Of a DNA stretch of 64,000 nt, positions 21,158 through 31,332 are shown piece by piece. Each line of letters opens with the position of its first letter. The first letter of the stretch is position 1. The DNA comes from Gemmatimonadota bacterium. GTDB lineage: Bacteria > Gemmatimonadota > Gemmatimonadetes > Palauibacterales > Palauibacteraceae. The stretch spans positions 1 through 64,000 of the forward strand of contig JBHIAV010000010.1 in NCBI GenBank assembly GCA_046758745.1, written 5' to 3'. The notes under the pieces are model-generated. The model was not told where the DNA came from. It searched no databases and was given only the letters and a program-made list of their open reading frames with translations. Both the position numbers and the translations under genes were made by a program.

Positions 21158-21907
21158 ATGATCGAGATCCGCGGCCTGAAGAAGACGCTCAACGGGAAGA
21201 TGGTTCTCGACGGCGTCGACCTCGACATCGAGGAGGGCAGGAGCCTGGTGATCATGGGGGCCTCTGGCGTCGGGAAGAGCGTCCTCCTCAAGCACATCGT
21301 CGGGCTGTTCGACCCCGATGCGGGAGAGATCTTGGTGGACGGGCTCTCGGTGCCTCGCGCGGGAGGGAGACAGATCTCGGAGATCCGCTCGAAGATCAGC
21401 TACGTCTTCCAGAACTCGGCTCTCTTCGATTCGCTCACCGTCGGCCAGAACATCCAGCTCGGCCTTAGCCCCGAGCACTGCCGCCGGGTGGACGCGCACA
21501 CCGACCCACTGGTGCTCGAGGCGATCACGCACGTGAACCTCGAGCCGGCGGTGCTTCCTCTTCTTCCGGCGGAGCTTTCCGGAGGGATGCAGAAACGGGT
21601 AGCACTCGCGCGGGCGATCGTCGGCCGACAGAAGTACATCCTGTACGACGAGCCCACCACCGGGCTCGACCCGGTCAACGCCTCCGTCATCAATCAGCTC
21701 ATCTCCCGGCTCAAGGCCGAGCTCGGGGCCACGAGCGTGATCGTGACGCACGACGTGGAGTCGGCCTTTTTCCTCGGCGACCGAATCGCCCTCCTTTGCG
21801 ACGGGAGGATCTGTGCGCTGGGTAGCCCGGCAGAGCTCCGCGCTTCGGAGAATCCCCTCGTCCAGAGCTTCCTCAACCCGAAGTACGAAGAGGGCATCCT
21901 CGGATGA
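21158..21907 (+). CDS. mlaF: MlaF/Mkl-family ABC transporter ATP-binding protein
   Basis: GASGVGKS, FQNSALFDSLTV, LSGGMQKRVALARA, LYDEPTTGLDP, VTHD. Confidence 0.93.
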   Translation: MIEIRGLKKTLNGKMVLDGVDLDIEEGRSLVIMGASGVGKSVLLKHIVGLFDPDAGEILVDGLSVPRAGGRQISEIRSKISYVFQNSALFDSLTVGQNIQLGLSPEHCRRVDAHTDPLVLEAITHVNLEPAVLPLLPAELSGGMQKRVALARAIVGRQKYILYDEPTTGLDPVNASVINQLISRLKAELGATSVIVTHDVESAFFLGDRIALLCDGRICALGSPAELRASENPLVQSFLNPKYEEGILG

Positions 21908-22830
21908 GGGACCCCGGACTGCGCGGTCATCACCGGGCCGAACTCCAGGTCGGCCTGTTCGTTCTCTTCTCCATCATCGCCCTGGCGGCCGGGGTGGTGT
22001 GGATCAGCGGCGCCGACATCGGCGGCGGCCGTCTGAGGGTCCTCGCGACGGGTCCGGACGCAGCTCGGGTGAGCGACGGTACGCGGGTCTACCTCCGGGG
22101 GGTCGACGTAGGCTCCGTGACGGGCGTAGGTCTGAGCGGCGGGCGCGCCGTTCTCGCTCTCGACATCGCCCCCGGCGAGACCCTACCCCGCGACACACGG
22201 GCCCTCATCCAGCCCTCCGCCTTCCTCGGTTCGGGCATCATGGAGCTCGAGCCTGGAGAATCCAGCACGCCGCTGGCCGCAGGGGACACGATCGCCGCCG
22301 AGACCGTCCCGGACCTGCAGTCGCTCGCTGGTGCCCTGGGCGACCAGGTCGAGCAGGTGCTGACCCAGGCCCAAAAGCTCCTGGCGGACGAGACCGTGGA
22401 GCACGTCCGCCTCACCGGCAGCGCGCTCTCCGCCACGATGACGGAGCTGCAAGCGCTGGTGGAGGCCGAGCGGGAGTCGCTCGCCACCCTCATCGAGAGC
22501 CTCAGCCAGACCTCGTCCCAGCTCGCCGAGGCGACCTCCGGCGCCGAGCTGGGGCGCACGATCACCAGCCTGGACTCGCTCACCGCACGCCTGCACCACG
22601 CGAGCAAGGGCCTCGATTCGACCAGCCTCTCCCTCGCCTCCATCCTCGACAAGGTAGACCGCGGGGATGGATCCCTGGGGCGGCTGGTGAACGACGAAGC
22701 GCTGTATGAGCGGGTGAGCGCCGCAGCAGCCAACCTGGAGGCCGCAATGGAGGAGATCGCGCTCCTCACGCGCGATGTCCGCCAGCACCCCGAACGTTAT
22801 CTTAAAGGGTTGAAGTTCTCGGTTTTCTAA
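21904..22830 (+). CDS. mlaD: MlaD/MCE-family protein
   Basis: N-terminal TM after ELQVGLFV, GTRVYLRGVDVGSV, helical region, GSLGRLVNDEALY, DVRQHPERYL. ATGA overlap with mlaF. Confidence 0.9.
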   Translation: MRDPGLRGHHRAELQVGLFVLFSIIALAAGVVWISGADIGGGRLRVLATGPDAARVSDGTRVYLRGVDVGSVTGVGLSGGRAVLALDIAPGETLPRDTRALIQPSAFLGSGIMELEPGESSTPLAAGDTIAAETVPDLQSLAGALGDQVEQVLTQAQKLLADETVEHVRLTGSALSATMTELQALVEAERESLATLIESLSQTSSQLAEATSGAELGRTITSLDSLTARLHHASKGLDSTSLSLASILDKVDRGDGSLGRLVNDEALYERVSAAAANLEAAMEEIALLTRDVRQHPERYLKGLKFSVF

Positions 22831-22903
22831 GTTGCTGCGACACGGCCGATCGACAGCTCGCAGGGTCGGATCCGCCTCCGGCGCGAGCGGCCCGGCAAGC
22901 CTC

Positions 22904-23662
22904 TCACAGGCCCGTGGGGTGGTCGAGGAAGGCCCATTCCAGCTCGAAGCGCTCCGCCACGACCCCGGCCAGCGCCTTCACGCCCAGCGTCTCGGTCGCG
23001 TAGTGGCCCGCATAGAGCACGTTGACGCCGAGCTCCGTCGCGTCGTGGAAAGTATGGTGGCTCCCCTCCCCCGTGATGAAGGTGTCGAGACCCTCCCGGT
23101 GCACGGCCCCGATCAGCGACCCGGCGCCACCGGTCACGATGCCGACTCGCCTCACATGTCCGGGACCTCCCGCGATCAGCCGCGGAGGCGCTCCGCACGC
23201 CGCTTCGACCCGACGGGAAAGCTCGGTCAGGGAGAGATCCGTCGCCGCCCACACCCCGATCCCGTCCACCCCCCGGTGCCGGCCGAACGTACCCTCGATC
23301 GTCAAGCCGAGGACCGCGGCCAGCCGCACGTTGTTGCCGACCTCCGCGTGAACATCCAGCGGCAGGTGGGCGCTGTATACGGCGAGCTCGGCGTCGAACG
23401 CCACCCGCAGCCGCCGGTAGTTCCTTCCGGTGATCGGCAGCGGCTCTGCCCAGAAGAGCCCGTGGTGGACGAGCAGGAGCTGCCCGCCCGCCTCGGCAGC
23501 CATCTCGATCGTGGCCTGGCAGGCATCCGTCGCCGCGCACACCTTCTCGACAGGCGCCCGGCTTCCCACCTGTAAGCCGTTCCAAGCTCCCGGGTAATCC
23601 TCGATCTCGGCGATCCGCAGATAGCCGTCCAGGAACTCGACGATCTCCTGAAGATCCGCCAT
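22904..23662 (-). CDS. Nif3-like dinuclear metal centre protein (YbgI family)
   Basis: NGLQV, LLVHHGLFW, YSAHLPLDVH, GNN, FITGE, AGHYATE. Confidence 0.93.
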   Translation of the reverse strand: MADLQEIVEFLDGYLRIAEIEDYPGAWNGLQVGSRAPVEKVCAATDACQATIEMAAEAGGQLLLVHHGLFWAEPLPITGRNYRRLRVAFDAELAVYSAHLPLDVHAEVGNNVRLAAVLGLTIEGTFGRHRGVDGIGVWAATDLSLTELSRRVEAACGAPPRLIAGGPGHVRRVGIVTGGAGSLIGAVHREGLDTFITGEGSHHTFHDATELGVNVLYAGHYATETLGVKALAGVVAERFELEWAFLDHPTGL

Positions 23663-23691
23663 GGCTTAGCCGCCCGACCGAGACGGGAGCT

Positions 23692-25251
23692 TCACTCCCA
23701 CTCGATGGTGGCCGGAGGCTTGGAGGAGACGTCGTACACCACGCGGTTCACCCCCTCCACCTCGTTGATGATACGGGCGGAGATGCGTGCCATCACATCG
23801 TGAGGGAACGGGAACCAATCCGCCGTCATTCCGTCGCGGCTGGTCACGGCGCGAAGCGCGACCACGTTCTCGTAGGTGCGCCCGTCCCCCATCACACCCA
23901 CAGAGCGCACGGGGAGGTGAACGGCGAACGCCTGCCAGATGTCGTCGTACAATCCGGCGGCCCGGATCTCTTCCAGGAATACGGCATCCGCCTCCCTGAG
24001 CACCTCGATTCGCTGGCGATTGATCGGCCCGAGGATGCGCACGGCCAGACCCGGTCCCGGGAACGGGTGCCGGCCCACCATCTCCTCGGGCAGGCCCAGC
24101 TCGCGCCCCACGGCCCGCACCTCATCTTTGAACAGCTCCCGAAGCGGCTCGATCAGCTCGAAAGGCAGATCGGGCCGGAGTCCACCCACGTTGTGGTGCG
24201 ACTTGATCACCGCAGACGGACCCGTCACCGAGGTGGACTCGATGACATCCGGATACGTCGTCCCCTGAACGAGGTAGCGCGCCTCGCCGTGTCGCCGGGC
24301 CGCTTCCTCGAAGACATCGATGAAGGTGTGTCCGATGCGCACGCGCTTCTCTTCCGGGTCCTCCACTCCGTCAAGCTTCTCCAGGAAGAGCTCCGACGCG
24401 TCCACCACCTCGAGCCGAAAGCCGAGGTGGCTCCCGAACACCCGCTCCACGGACTCCCGTTCCCCTTTCCGGAGAAGCCCCGTGTCCACGAAGATGCACG
24501 TCAGCCGCTCTCCCACTGCCCGGTGGACGAGGGCGGCCGCCACCGAGGAGTCCACTCCACCCGACAGGCCACAGATCACTCCGGCCTCCGGAGCCTGTCT
24601 GCGGATCGCCTCCACCTCGTCGGCGACGATGTTGCCGGGCGTCCACTCGCCCGCGCAGCCGCACGCCCGGTACAGGAAGTTCTCAAGCATCTCCTCGCCG
24701 CGAGGCGTGTGCGCCACCTCCGGGTGGAACTGGACCCCGTAGATCTCCCGATCGGCCGCGCGAAAAGCGGCAACAGGACTCGTGGGGGTCCGCGCGAGCA
24801 GCTCGAAGCCGGGGGGCGGCTCTTGGAGCTGGTCGCCGTGGCTCATCCACACGGGCGTGCGGGAACCGGCCTCGAAGCCCCGGAAGAGAGAGTCGGGGTG
24901 CACGATCTCGAGCTCGGCGCGGCCGTATTCCCGGCGGCCGGCGCGCCCCACGCGCCCGCCCGCCAACTGACCGATGAGCTGCATTCCGTAGCAGATACCG
25001 AGAACCGGCACACCCAGCTCGAGGAGACCGGGGTCCGCGCGCGGCACGCCGTCGTCGTACACGCTCGCGGGCCCCCCGGACAGGATTATGCCCGTCGGCC
25101 TCCAGGCCGAGATCCACGACAGGCTGACCGTCGGGGGGTGGATCTCTGAGTACACCCTCGCCTCCCGCACCCGACGCGCTATGAGCCGGGTGTACTGGCC
25201 GCCGAAATCCAGGATCAGCACGCGGTCCCTCGCTGACGCCCTCCCACCCAC
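23692..25251 (-). CDS. guaA: GMP synthase (glutamine-hydrolysing)
   Basis: [55 protein letters not shown]. Start uncertain (GTG 25221, 25251 or further upstream). Confidence 0.96.
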   Translation of the reverse strand: MGGRASARDRVLILDFGGQYTRLIARRVREARVYSEIHPPTVSLSWISAWRPTGIILSGGPASVYDDGVPRADPGLLELGVPVLGICYGMQLIGQLAGGRVGRAGRREYGRAELEIVHPDSLFRGFEAGSRTPVWMSHGDQLQEPPPGFELLARTPTSPVAAFRAADREIYGVQFHPEVAHTPRGEEMLENFLYRACGCAGEWTPGNIVADEVEAIRRQAPEAGVICGLSGGVDSSVAAALVHRAVGERLTCIFVDTGLLRKGERESVERVFGSHLGFRLEVVDASELFLEKLDGVEDPEEKRVRIGHTFIDVFEEAARRHGEARYLVQGTTYPDVIESTSVTGPSAVIKSHHNVGGLRPDLPFELIEPLRELFKDEVRAVGRELGLPEEMVGRHPFPGPGLAVRILGPINRQRIEVLREADAVFLEEIRAAGLYDDIWQAFAVHLPVRSVGVMGDGRTYENVVALRAVTSRDGMTADWFPFPHDVMARISARIINEVEGVNRVVYDVSSKPPATIEWE

Positions 25252-25343
25252 CGGATGCCCGCGAGCGTCCGGCCCCTGGCCGCTCGTCGTCGCGTCGCTC
25301 TCCCGCCGCGATGGCGCGCCCTCCCCGCGCGTAGCTCGCTCCC

Positions 25344-26804
25344 TCAGTACGCTCTCGCCCACACCACCTCCATCTGCGCCGCGCCCCCGCACACCAGGCA
25401 GTTGAGGGGCGCCTCGGGCGAGCGAAACTCCGGGTCCGGAATCAAACGGATCGTCGCCTTGGTGTCTTCCTTGGCGCGCGTCTCACACTCCTCGGAGCCG
25501 CACCATCCGGCGAATACCAACCCCCCGCGCTCTTCCATGCGTTCCCGCAGGCCTGCGTACTCCTCAAGACCGCGCACCGTCTCCGCCTCGCGTCGGGTCC
25601 GAGCGGCCTCCAGCATCTCGCCCTGGATCGCCTCGAGAAGCACCGGGATGCATGCCGTGGCTTCGCTCTCCGCGAGCGTCCGCTTGCGCGGCTCCCCGTC
25701 GACGATAAAGCGACGCGCCATGACGACCTCGTCACGCTCCACATCCCGCGGGCCGATCTCCAGGCGCAGGGGGACGCCGCGCCGCTCCCACTCGTAGTAC
25801 TTCGCTCCAGGGTTGATCCCCTCGCGGTCATCCAGCTTCGTCCGCACATCCGGAGAGAGTCGGTCCCGCACGCGGCCGGATGCCTCGAGCACGGCCGTCC
25901 GCTGCTCCTCGCTCTTCCAGATCGGCACGATCACCACCTCGTACGGCGCGAGCCGCGGTGGCAGCACGAGCCCGGCGTCGTCCCCATGCGCCATCACGAG
26001 GCCCCCGATGAGTCGGGTGGAAACGCCCCAGGACGTGCTCCACACATAGTCGTGCTCACCCCGCTCGGTCTGAAAGCGGACGCCGAAGGCACGCGCGAAG
26101 TTCTGTCCGAGGTCATGGCTCGTACCGGCCTGGAGGGCGCGGTTGTCCTTCATCAGCGCCTCGAGCGCATACGAGTGGATCGCCCCTGCGAACCGCTCGC
26201 TCGATGTCTTCTCCCCCGTTATGACGGGGAGCGCCATCCACCCCTCCATGAAGGTCCGGTACACGCCGAGCATGCGGCGTGCTTCTTCCTCCGCCCCTTC
26301 GGCTGTGGCGTGCGCCGTGTGACCCTCCTGCCAGAGAAACTCCGTGGTACGGAGGAAGGGACGCGTGCGCAGCTCCCAGCGCACCACGTTCGCCCATTGA
26401 TTCAGGAGCACCGGGAGGTCCCGGTACGACTGGATCCAATCGGCCAGAATCGGCCAGATGATCGCTTCTGAAGTGGGGCGCACGACGAGTGGCTCCTCGA
26501 GCTCCTGACCCCCCGCCCGTGTGACGACCGCGGTCTGCGGGGCGAAGCCCTCGACGTGCTCGGCCTCGCGATCAAGCGCCGATTGGGGAAGGAAGAGTGG
26601 GAAGTAGGCGTTTTCGTGACCTGTCTCCTTGAACATCAGGTCCAGCGCGCTCTGCATCAGCTCCCAGATCCGGTAGCCGTACGGCCGGATGACCATGCAC
26701 CCTCGCACTGGAGAATCGCCGGCCAGCTCCGCCTCCCGAACGACCTCGTTGTACCAGGCGGAGAAATCCTCGGATTGCCTGGTCAGCCCCTTTTCTTCCG
26801 CCAT
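25344..26804 (-). CDS. proS: Proline--tRNA ligase, archaeal/eukaryotic-like type
   Basis: [60 protein letters not shown]-terminal Cys cluster and ARAY end. No INS editing domain. Confidence 0.95.
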   Translation of the reverse strand: MAEEKGLTRQSEDFSAWYNEVVREAELAGDSPVRGCMVIRPYGYRIWELMQSALDLMFKETGHENAYFPLFLPQSALDREAEHVEGFAPQTAVVTRAGGQELEEPLVVRPTSEAIIWPILADWIQSYRDLPVLLNQWANVVRWELRTRPFLRTTEFLWQEGHTAHATAEGAEEEARRMLGVYRTFMEGWMALPVITGEKTSSERFAGAIHSYALEALMKDNRALQAGTSHDLGQNFARAFGVRFQTERGEHDYVWSTSWGVSTRLIGGLVMAHGDDAGLVLPPRLAPYEVVIVPIWKSEEQRTAVLEASGRVRDRLSPDVRTKLDDREGINPGAKYYEWERRGVPLRLEIGPRDVERDEVVMARRFIVDGEPRKRTLAESEATACIPVLLEAIQGEMLEAARTRREAETVRGLEEYAGLRERMEERGGLVFAGWCGSEECETRAKEDTKATIRLIPDPEFRSPEAPLNCLVCGGAAQMEVVWARAY

Positions 26805-26999
26805 ATATCGGTTCGCGTGCTCGCGTTGTGGTTTCGGTTCCCGGGAGTGAGGCCGGCCGTGCGGCGCGCCCATCGGTGCCGCGGCGCCGCGTGGACCTGC
26901 CGACTGGCGCTTCGCCCGCCCGCCGCGTTCCGGGGCGCGAAGCAGCCGGCGGCCCGCCCGCCAGGTTCTGGGGCGCGAAGCACAGCCGGCCCCCCCACC

Positions 27000-28310
27000 C
27001 TACCGGACCTCGCCGTGGGCATCCCGGCGCCAGCGGCCGTCGCCCAACAGCTCCGAGAGCGGCACCGCACGCTCCTCTCCCGTCGCCATCTCCCGCACCA
27101 ACGCCACCTGACGGGCCGCCTCGTCCGGGCCGACGATGATGGCACGGCGGGCGCCCGCCTGGTCCGCCGCCCGGAACTGACGGCCGACGGCTCGACCCCG
27201 GTAATCGAAGGCCGCACGGCGTCCCTGCTCGCGCAGCGCGTGCACGAGGCGAAGGGCGAGCGGGCGCTCTCCCTCCGACACGGAGATCACGAAGTCGTCT
27301 ATCGCCGCCTCTCCCCCCGGGATCAGCCCCCGGTCCTTGAGGAGCTCGCCGAGCACCACGTCTCCCATCCCGAAGCCGAGCGCCGGGAGGTCGACGCCGC
27401 CGAGCGAGGCCAGCAGGTTGTCGTATCGGCCCCCTCCACAGATCGCCCGGAACTCCCCGCTGCGCTCCCACAGCTCGAACACGCATCCGGTGTAGTAGGC
27501 TAGGCCTCGGACGAGCGTGGCATCGAAGGTCACGAAGGCGCGGAGGCCGAAATCGTTCAGCGCACCGAAGAAACCCGCCAGGCGCTCCGCAGCCTCTTCG
27601 ACCCCGTGGGCCGAGCCGAACTCGTCGGCGATCGCATCGAGCGACATCCCACCCAACGCCAGGATGCGCCGGGCGGCCTCCGGGCTCGCTCCCGCCTCGC
27701 CGAGCGCCGCTACCACCCTCTCCTCGCCGTCGCCCTCGGCTCTGTCAAGCGCGGCGAACGCGCTCGGCCGCCTCTCCTGCGGGATGCCGAGGGCGCCCAG
27801 CACGGCTCCGATGAGCCGACGATCCGACACGCGCGCCACGAAGTCCTGCGGCCCGAGGCCGAAAGCGCGCAGCACGTCCACCGCGGCGGCCACCAGCTCC
27901 GCGTCCACCGCACCGTCCGGCTCGCCGACTACGTCAAGGTTGAGCTGGAAATGCTCGCGCAGCCGGCCTCTCTGCGGACGCTCGTAGCGGAAGAGCTGCG
28001 GGATGGAGAACCATTTGATCGGCTTCGGCAGAGCCGCCGCGCGGGCCGACACCATGCGCGCGAAGGTCGGCGTCATCTCCGGTCGCAACGCGACCTCCCG
28101 CTCTCCCCGGTCCGTGAACCCGTACAGCTGGCCGACGATCTCCGGGCCTGACTTGCTCGTGTACAGCTCCAGAGGCTCGAGCGGAGGACCGTCGTATTCG
28201 ACGAAGCCGTACCGACGCGCCACCTCCCGCCACACCTGGAAGATGTAGGAGCGGAGCGCGAGGTCTTCGGGGTAGAACTCCCGGAAGCCGGGGAGCCTTG
28301 CGATCTCCAT
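27000..28310 (-). CDS. hisS: Histidine--tRNA ligase
   Basis: LPGFREFYP, LRPEMT, FRYERPQRGRLREHFQ, LVRGLAYYTG, CGGGRYDNL, GFGMG. Confidence 0.96.
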   Translation of the reverse strand: MEIARLPGFREFYPEDLALRSYIFQVWREVARRYGFVEYDGPPLEPLELYTSKSGPEIVGQLYGFTDRGEREVALRPEMTPTFARMVSARAAALPKPIKWFSIPQLFRYERPQRGRLREHFQLNLDVVGEPDGAVDAELVAAAVDVLRAFGLGPQDFVARVSDRRLIGAVLGALGIPQERRPSAFAALDRAEGDGEERVVAALGEAGASPEAARRILALGGMSLDAIADEFGSAHGVEEAAERLAGFFGALNDFGLRAFVTFDATLVRGLAYYTGCVFELWERSGEFRAICGGGRYDNLLASLGGVDLPALGFGMGDVVLGELLKDRGLIPGGEAAIDDFVISVSEGERPLALRLVHALREQGRRAAFDYRGRAVGRQFRAADQAGARRAIIVGPDEAARQVALVREMATGEERAVPLSELLGDGRWRRDAHGEVR

Positions 28311-28319
28311 TGGGGCCAG

Positions 28320-28349
28320 AATGTATCCGGCCGCGAACGGCAGCGGCAA
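28320..28349 (-). promoter_or_regulatory. Putative sigma-70 promoter of hisS, near-leaderless
   Basis: TTGCCG-18 nt-TACATT ending 9 nt before the ATG; no Shine-Dalgarno. Confidence 0.5.
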
Positions 28350-28501
28350 GAAAAGCGCGTGATGACGAGCCTGGCCCGCGCCCTGCGACCCCCCGGCTGC
28401 CACCCAAAGCCGGGGCTCGCGGTCCGGCCGGCCGCCGCCCCCCTGCGGGGCGCCTACGCGGCCGGGAGACTCACGGAGAGAGGTGCGTATTCCCCCAACC
28501 C

Positions 28502-28930
28502 CTACACCGGCGCGCGGCAGAAGCGGTCGAACGCATCGGTGAGGTCGCGCGCGATCGCCGCGGCCGGCCGCCCCTCGATCTGGTGGCGCTCCAGGATGAA
28601 GACAAGCTCGCCGTCGTTGAGCAGCGCGATCGAAGGCGAGGAGGGGCGATATCCGCTGAAGTAGCCGCGCGCCCGGGCGGTGGCCTCCACGTCCTGTCCG
28701 GCGAACACGGTGACCGACCGGTCGGGAAGGACGTGGTGCCGAAGGGCGAGAGCCACCGCCGGTCGGGCGTTGCCAGCGGCGCAGCCGCAGACGGAGTTCA
28801 CGACCACCAGGGTGGTACCGCTCTCCGTGCCCAGCACCTCGTCCACCTCCTCCGCGGTTCGCAGCTCGCGTACCCCGAGGCTCGTGAGCTCCTCTCGCAT
28901 CGGCTGCACCAGTCGCGGATCGTACAGCAC
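28502..28930 (-). CDS. BrxA/BrxB-family bacilliredoxin (DUF1094)
   Basis: PMREELT, VVNSVCGCAAGNARP (CGC), TVFAGQD, PSSPSIAL, RHQIEGR. Confidence 0.92.
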   Translation of the reverse strand: MLYDPRLVQPMREELTSLGVRELRTAEEVDEVLGTESGTTLVVVNSVCGCAAGNARPAVALALRHHVLPDRSVTVFAGQDVEATARARGYFSGYRPSSPSIALLNDGELVFILERHQIEGRPAAAIARDLTDAFDRFCRAPV

Positions 28931-29024
28931 CCCTGTGCTCCTCTATTATGGTGACGATTCACTCGCCGTGGCGATCGATTTGCTCCGGCCGTGCCGTCGG
29001 TATCCACCACCGCCCGCCTTCGGA

Positions 29025-30356
29025 TCAAGTGTAAGGCGCTGCACGTGCCACGTCCACGCCGCCCGCTACCGGTTCGACGCGCTGCGGGCCGAGGCTGGTC
29101 AGCGCGTCCCCGACGGTGTGACAGGAACCGGTCACCACCACCGTGCCCGCACCTGCCAGATCCCGCGCCCGGCACAGCGCCGCATCGAAATCCGGCACCA
29201 GCTCCACGGCACGATCCGGGACGGCTCTCCGCGCCTCACCCGGATCCCACAGCCGCTCAACGGGCGCCGAAGGAGCCAGGGTGAAGACAGCCGCGTCGAC
29301 GCGTGAGAGGAGGGGAACGAGCATCTTCTTCCACGCCTTGTCACCCAGTATGGCGAGCAGCGCCACCTTCGGAGCGGGGAGCGCGATGTCGCCCAGCGTC
29401 CTCGCCAGGGCCGACGCTCCGGCCACGTTGTGCGCCACGTCGAGCACCCAGGTTCCGTCGGGACGATCGAACACCTCAACGCGGCCGGGCCACCGCACGC
29501 TGGCCAGGCCGTTGGCCAGCGCGGCCTCCGGCAGCGCTTCGAATCCCTCGAGCGCAAGCAGGGCGATAGCCGCATTCGTCGCCTGGTGACGGCCGATCAG
29601 CGGCGTGCGAAGGAGGAGGCCGCCCGGCCGCGCCGGCGATCGGTAGCGGAAGACGGTGCCGGTGCGGCTCACCTCGACCTTCTCCGAGACCGCCATCTCT
29701 CCCAACACGTGGAGGGGAGCCTTCAGCTCGGCGGCGCGTCGACGGAACACGTCGAGGACCTCCCCCGACACCGGCCCGAGGACGGCGGGCACGCCTCCCT
29801 TCAGGATGCCCGCCTTCTCGGCAGCGATCTCGCGGAGGGTGAGGCCCAAGTACTCGGCGTGATCGAGCGCTACGTTGGTGATCGCCGAAACTTCCGGGCG
29901 AAGGACGTTGGTGGCGTCCAGACGGCCGCCGAGACCGACCTCCACGACCGCCACCTCCACCCCCGCCCTCGCGAATACCAGGAATGCGAGGGCGGTGGCT
30001 GCCTCGAAAAAGCTCGCGCCTTCGCGCTCGGCCAGCGGAAGGACCTCGGCCGCGCACGTCTCGAGCCACTCGACCGATACGGGCTCGCCGGCGATGCGGA
30101 TCCGCTCATCGAAGGAGACGAGGTGGGGAGAGGTGTACAGACCGGTGGCATGCCCCGCTTCCCGAAGGATCGCCTCGATCGACGCCGCCACCGAGCCCTT
30201 TCCGTTCGTGCCGCCGATGTGCAGGGAGCGGTACGAGCGGTGCGGATTCCCCAGGCCCGCGAGGATCGACTCGATCCGGTCGAGGCCCCAGCGAATGTGG
30301 GCCATGGGCCGACCGGCGAGTAGTGCGGCCAGGCGGCCGTAGCTCGGGATCAGCAC
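29025..30356 (-). CDS. folC: Folylpolyglutamate synthase/dihydrofolate synthase
   Basis: HIGGTNGKGS, YTSPHL, EVGLGGRLDATN, DHAEYLG, EKAGI, WPGR, LDVAHN, VVTGS. Confidence 0.95.
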   Translation of the reverse strand: MLIPSYGRLAALLAGRPMAHIRWGLDRIESILAGLGNPHRSYRSLHIGGTNGKGSVAASIEAILREAGHATGLYTSPHLVSFDERIRIAGEPVSVEWLETCAAEVLPLAEREGASFFEAATALAFLVFARAGVEVAVVEVGLGGRLDATNVLRPEVSAITNVALDHAEYLGLTLREIAAEKAGILKGGVPAVLGPVSGEVLDVFRRRAAELKAPLHVLGEMAVSEKVEVSRTGTVFRYRSPARPGGLLLRTPLIGRHQATNAAIALLALEGFEALPEAALANGLASVRWPGRVEVFDRPDGTWVLDVAHNVAGASALARTLGDIALPAPKVALLAILGDKAWKKMLVPLLSRVDAAVFTLAPSAPVERLWDPGEARRAVPDRAVELVPDFDAALCRARDLAGAGTVVVTGSCHTVGDALTSLGPQRVEPVAGGVDVARAAPYT

Positions 30357-31183
30357 ATGTGGTTGAAGAGGGTGCTCAGCGTGTCCCTGAGCTCGGCGCG
30401 GTGCACGATACGGTCTACCATGCCGTGATCGCGCAGAAACTCCGCGGTCTGGAAGCCATCCGGCAGCTCCTGGCGAATCGTCTCGCGGATCACGCGAGGA
30501 CCGGCGAAGCCGATGAGCGCGCCCGGCTCCGCGAGGATGACGTCGCCGAGCATGGCGTAGCTGGCTGTTACGCCGCCCGTCGTCGGATGCGTGAGCACGC
30601 TGATGTAGGGGACCCTCGTCACGGAGAGTTGCTCAAGCGCCGCGGCCGTCTTGGCGAGCTGCATGAGCGAATAGATCCCCTCCTGCATGCGTGCACCTCC
30701 CGAGGCCGACACGATGACCAGTGGACGCCGACCCTCGGAGGCGCGCCCCGCCAGTCGGGCGATCTTCTCCCCCACCACGGAGCCCATCGAACCCCCGATG
30801 AAACGGAAGTCCATCACCCCGAGGCAGATCTCGCGTCCGTCGAGCTCCCCGCGACCCGTGATCACGGCGTCGCCTCGCCCCACTTCGCTTTCGGCACGTT
30901 GCACGCGCTGCGTGTACGGCTTCGAGTCCACGAAGCCGAGCGGATCGGAGGATCGAAGGTTGAGGTCGAACTCCTCCGTGAAACCGTCATCCAGGAGGAT
31001 CGAGACGTACTGCGGAGCCGAGATACGAAAGTGGTGGCCGCACTCCGGACACACGTACAGCTTCTCGGCCAGTCGGCCGCTGTACAGGATCTCGCCGCAA
31101 GAGTCGCATTTCTCCCACACGTCCGCCGCCAGCTCGCGCTTCTGGGAGACGAGCTTCTGCTTGGGCTTCTTGAACCAGGACAT
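30350..31183 (-). CDS. accD: Acetyl-CoA carboxylase carboxyltransferase beta subunit
   Basis: MSWFKK start, Zn-finger CDSC...CPEC, FIGGSMGSVVGE, SGGARMQEG, PTTGGVTAS, GFAGPRVI. Confidence 0.96.
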   Translation of the reverse strand: MSWFKKPKQKLVSQKRELAADVWEKCDSCGEILYSGRLAEKLYVCPECGHHFRISAPQYVSILLDDGFTEEFDLNLRSSDPLGFVDSKPYTQRVQRAESEVGRGDAVITGRGELDGREICLGVMDFRFIGGSMGSVVGEKIARLAGRASEGRRPLVIVSASGGARMQEGIYSLMQLAKTAAALEQLSVTRVPYISVLTHPTTGGVTASYAMLGDVILAEPGALIGFAGPRVIRETIRQELPDGFQTAEFLRDHGMVDRIVHRAELRDTLSTLFNHMC

Positions 31184-31332
31184 CCTAGCTCTGCCTTCGA
31201 CAGGAGCGAGAAGGCGGCCAATATAGAGCGCGACGCGGGAGCCCGCGAACAGGGACTTGAGCCGTTGCGGAGCAGCCAGCCGGGGTTCTCCGCCCACTCC
31301 ACGGAACCGGGGGGTCCTCTCCGCCGGATCGT

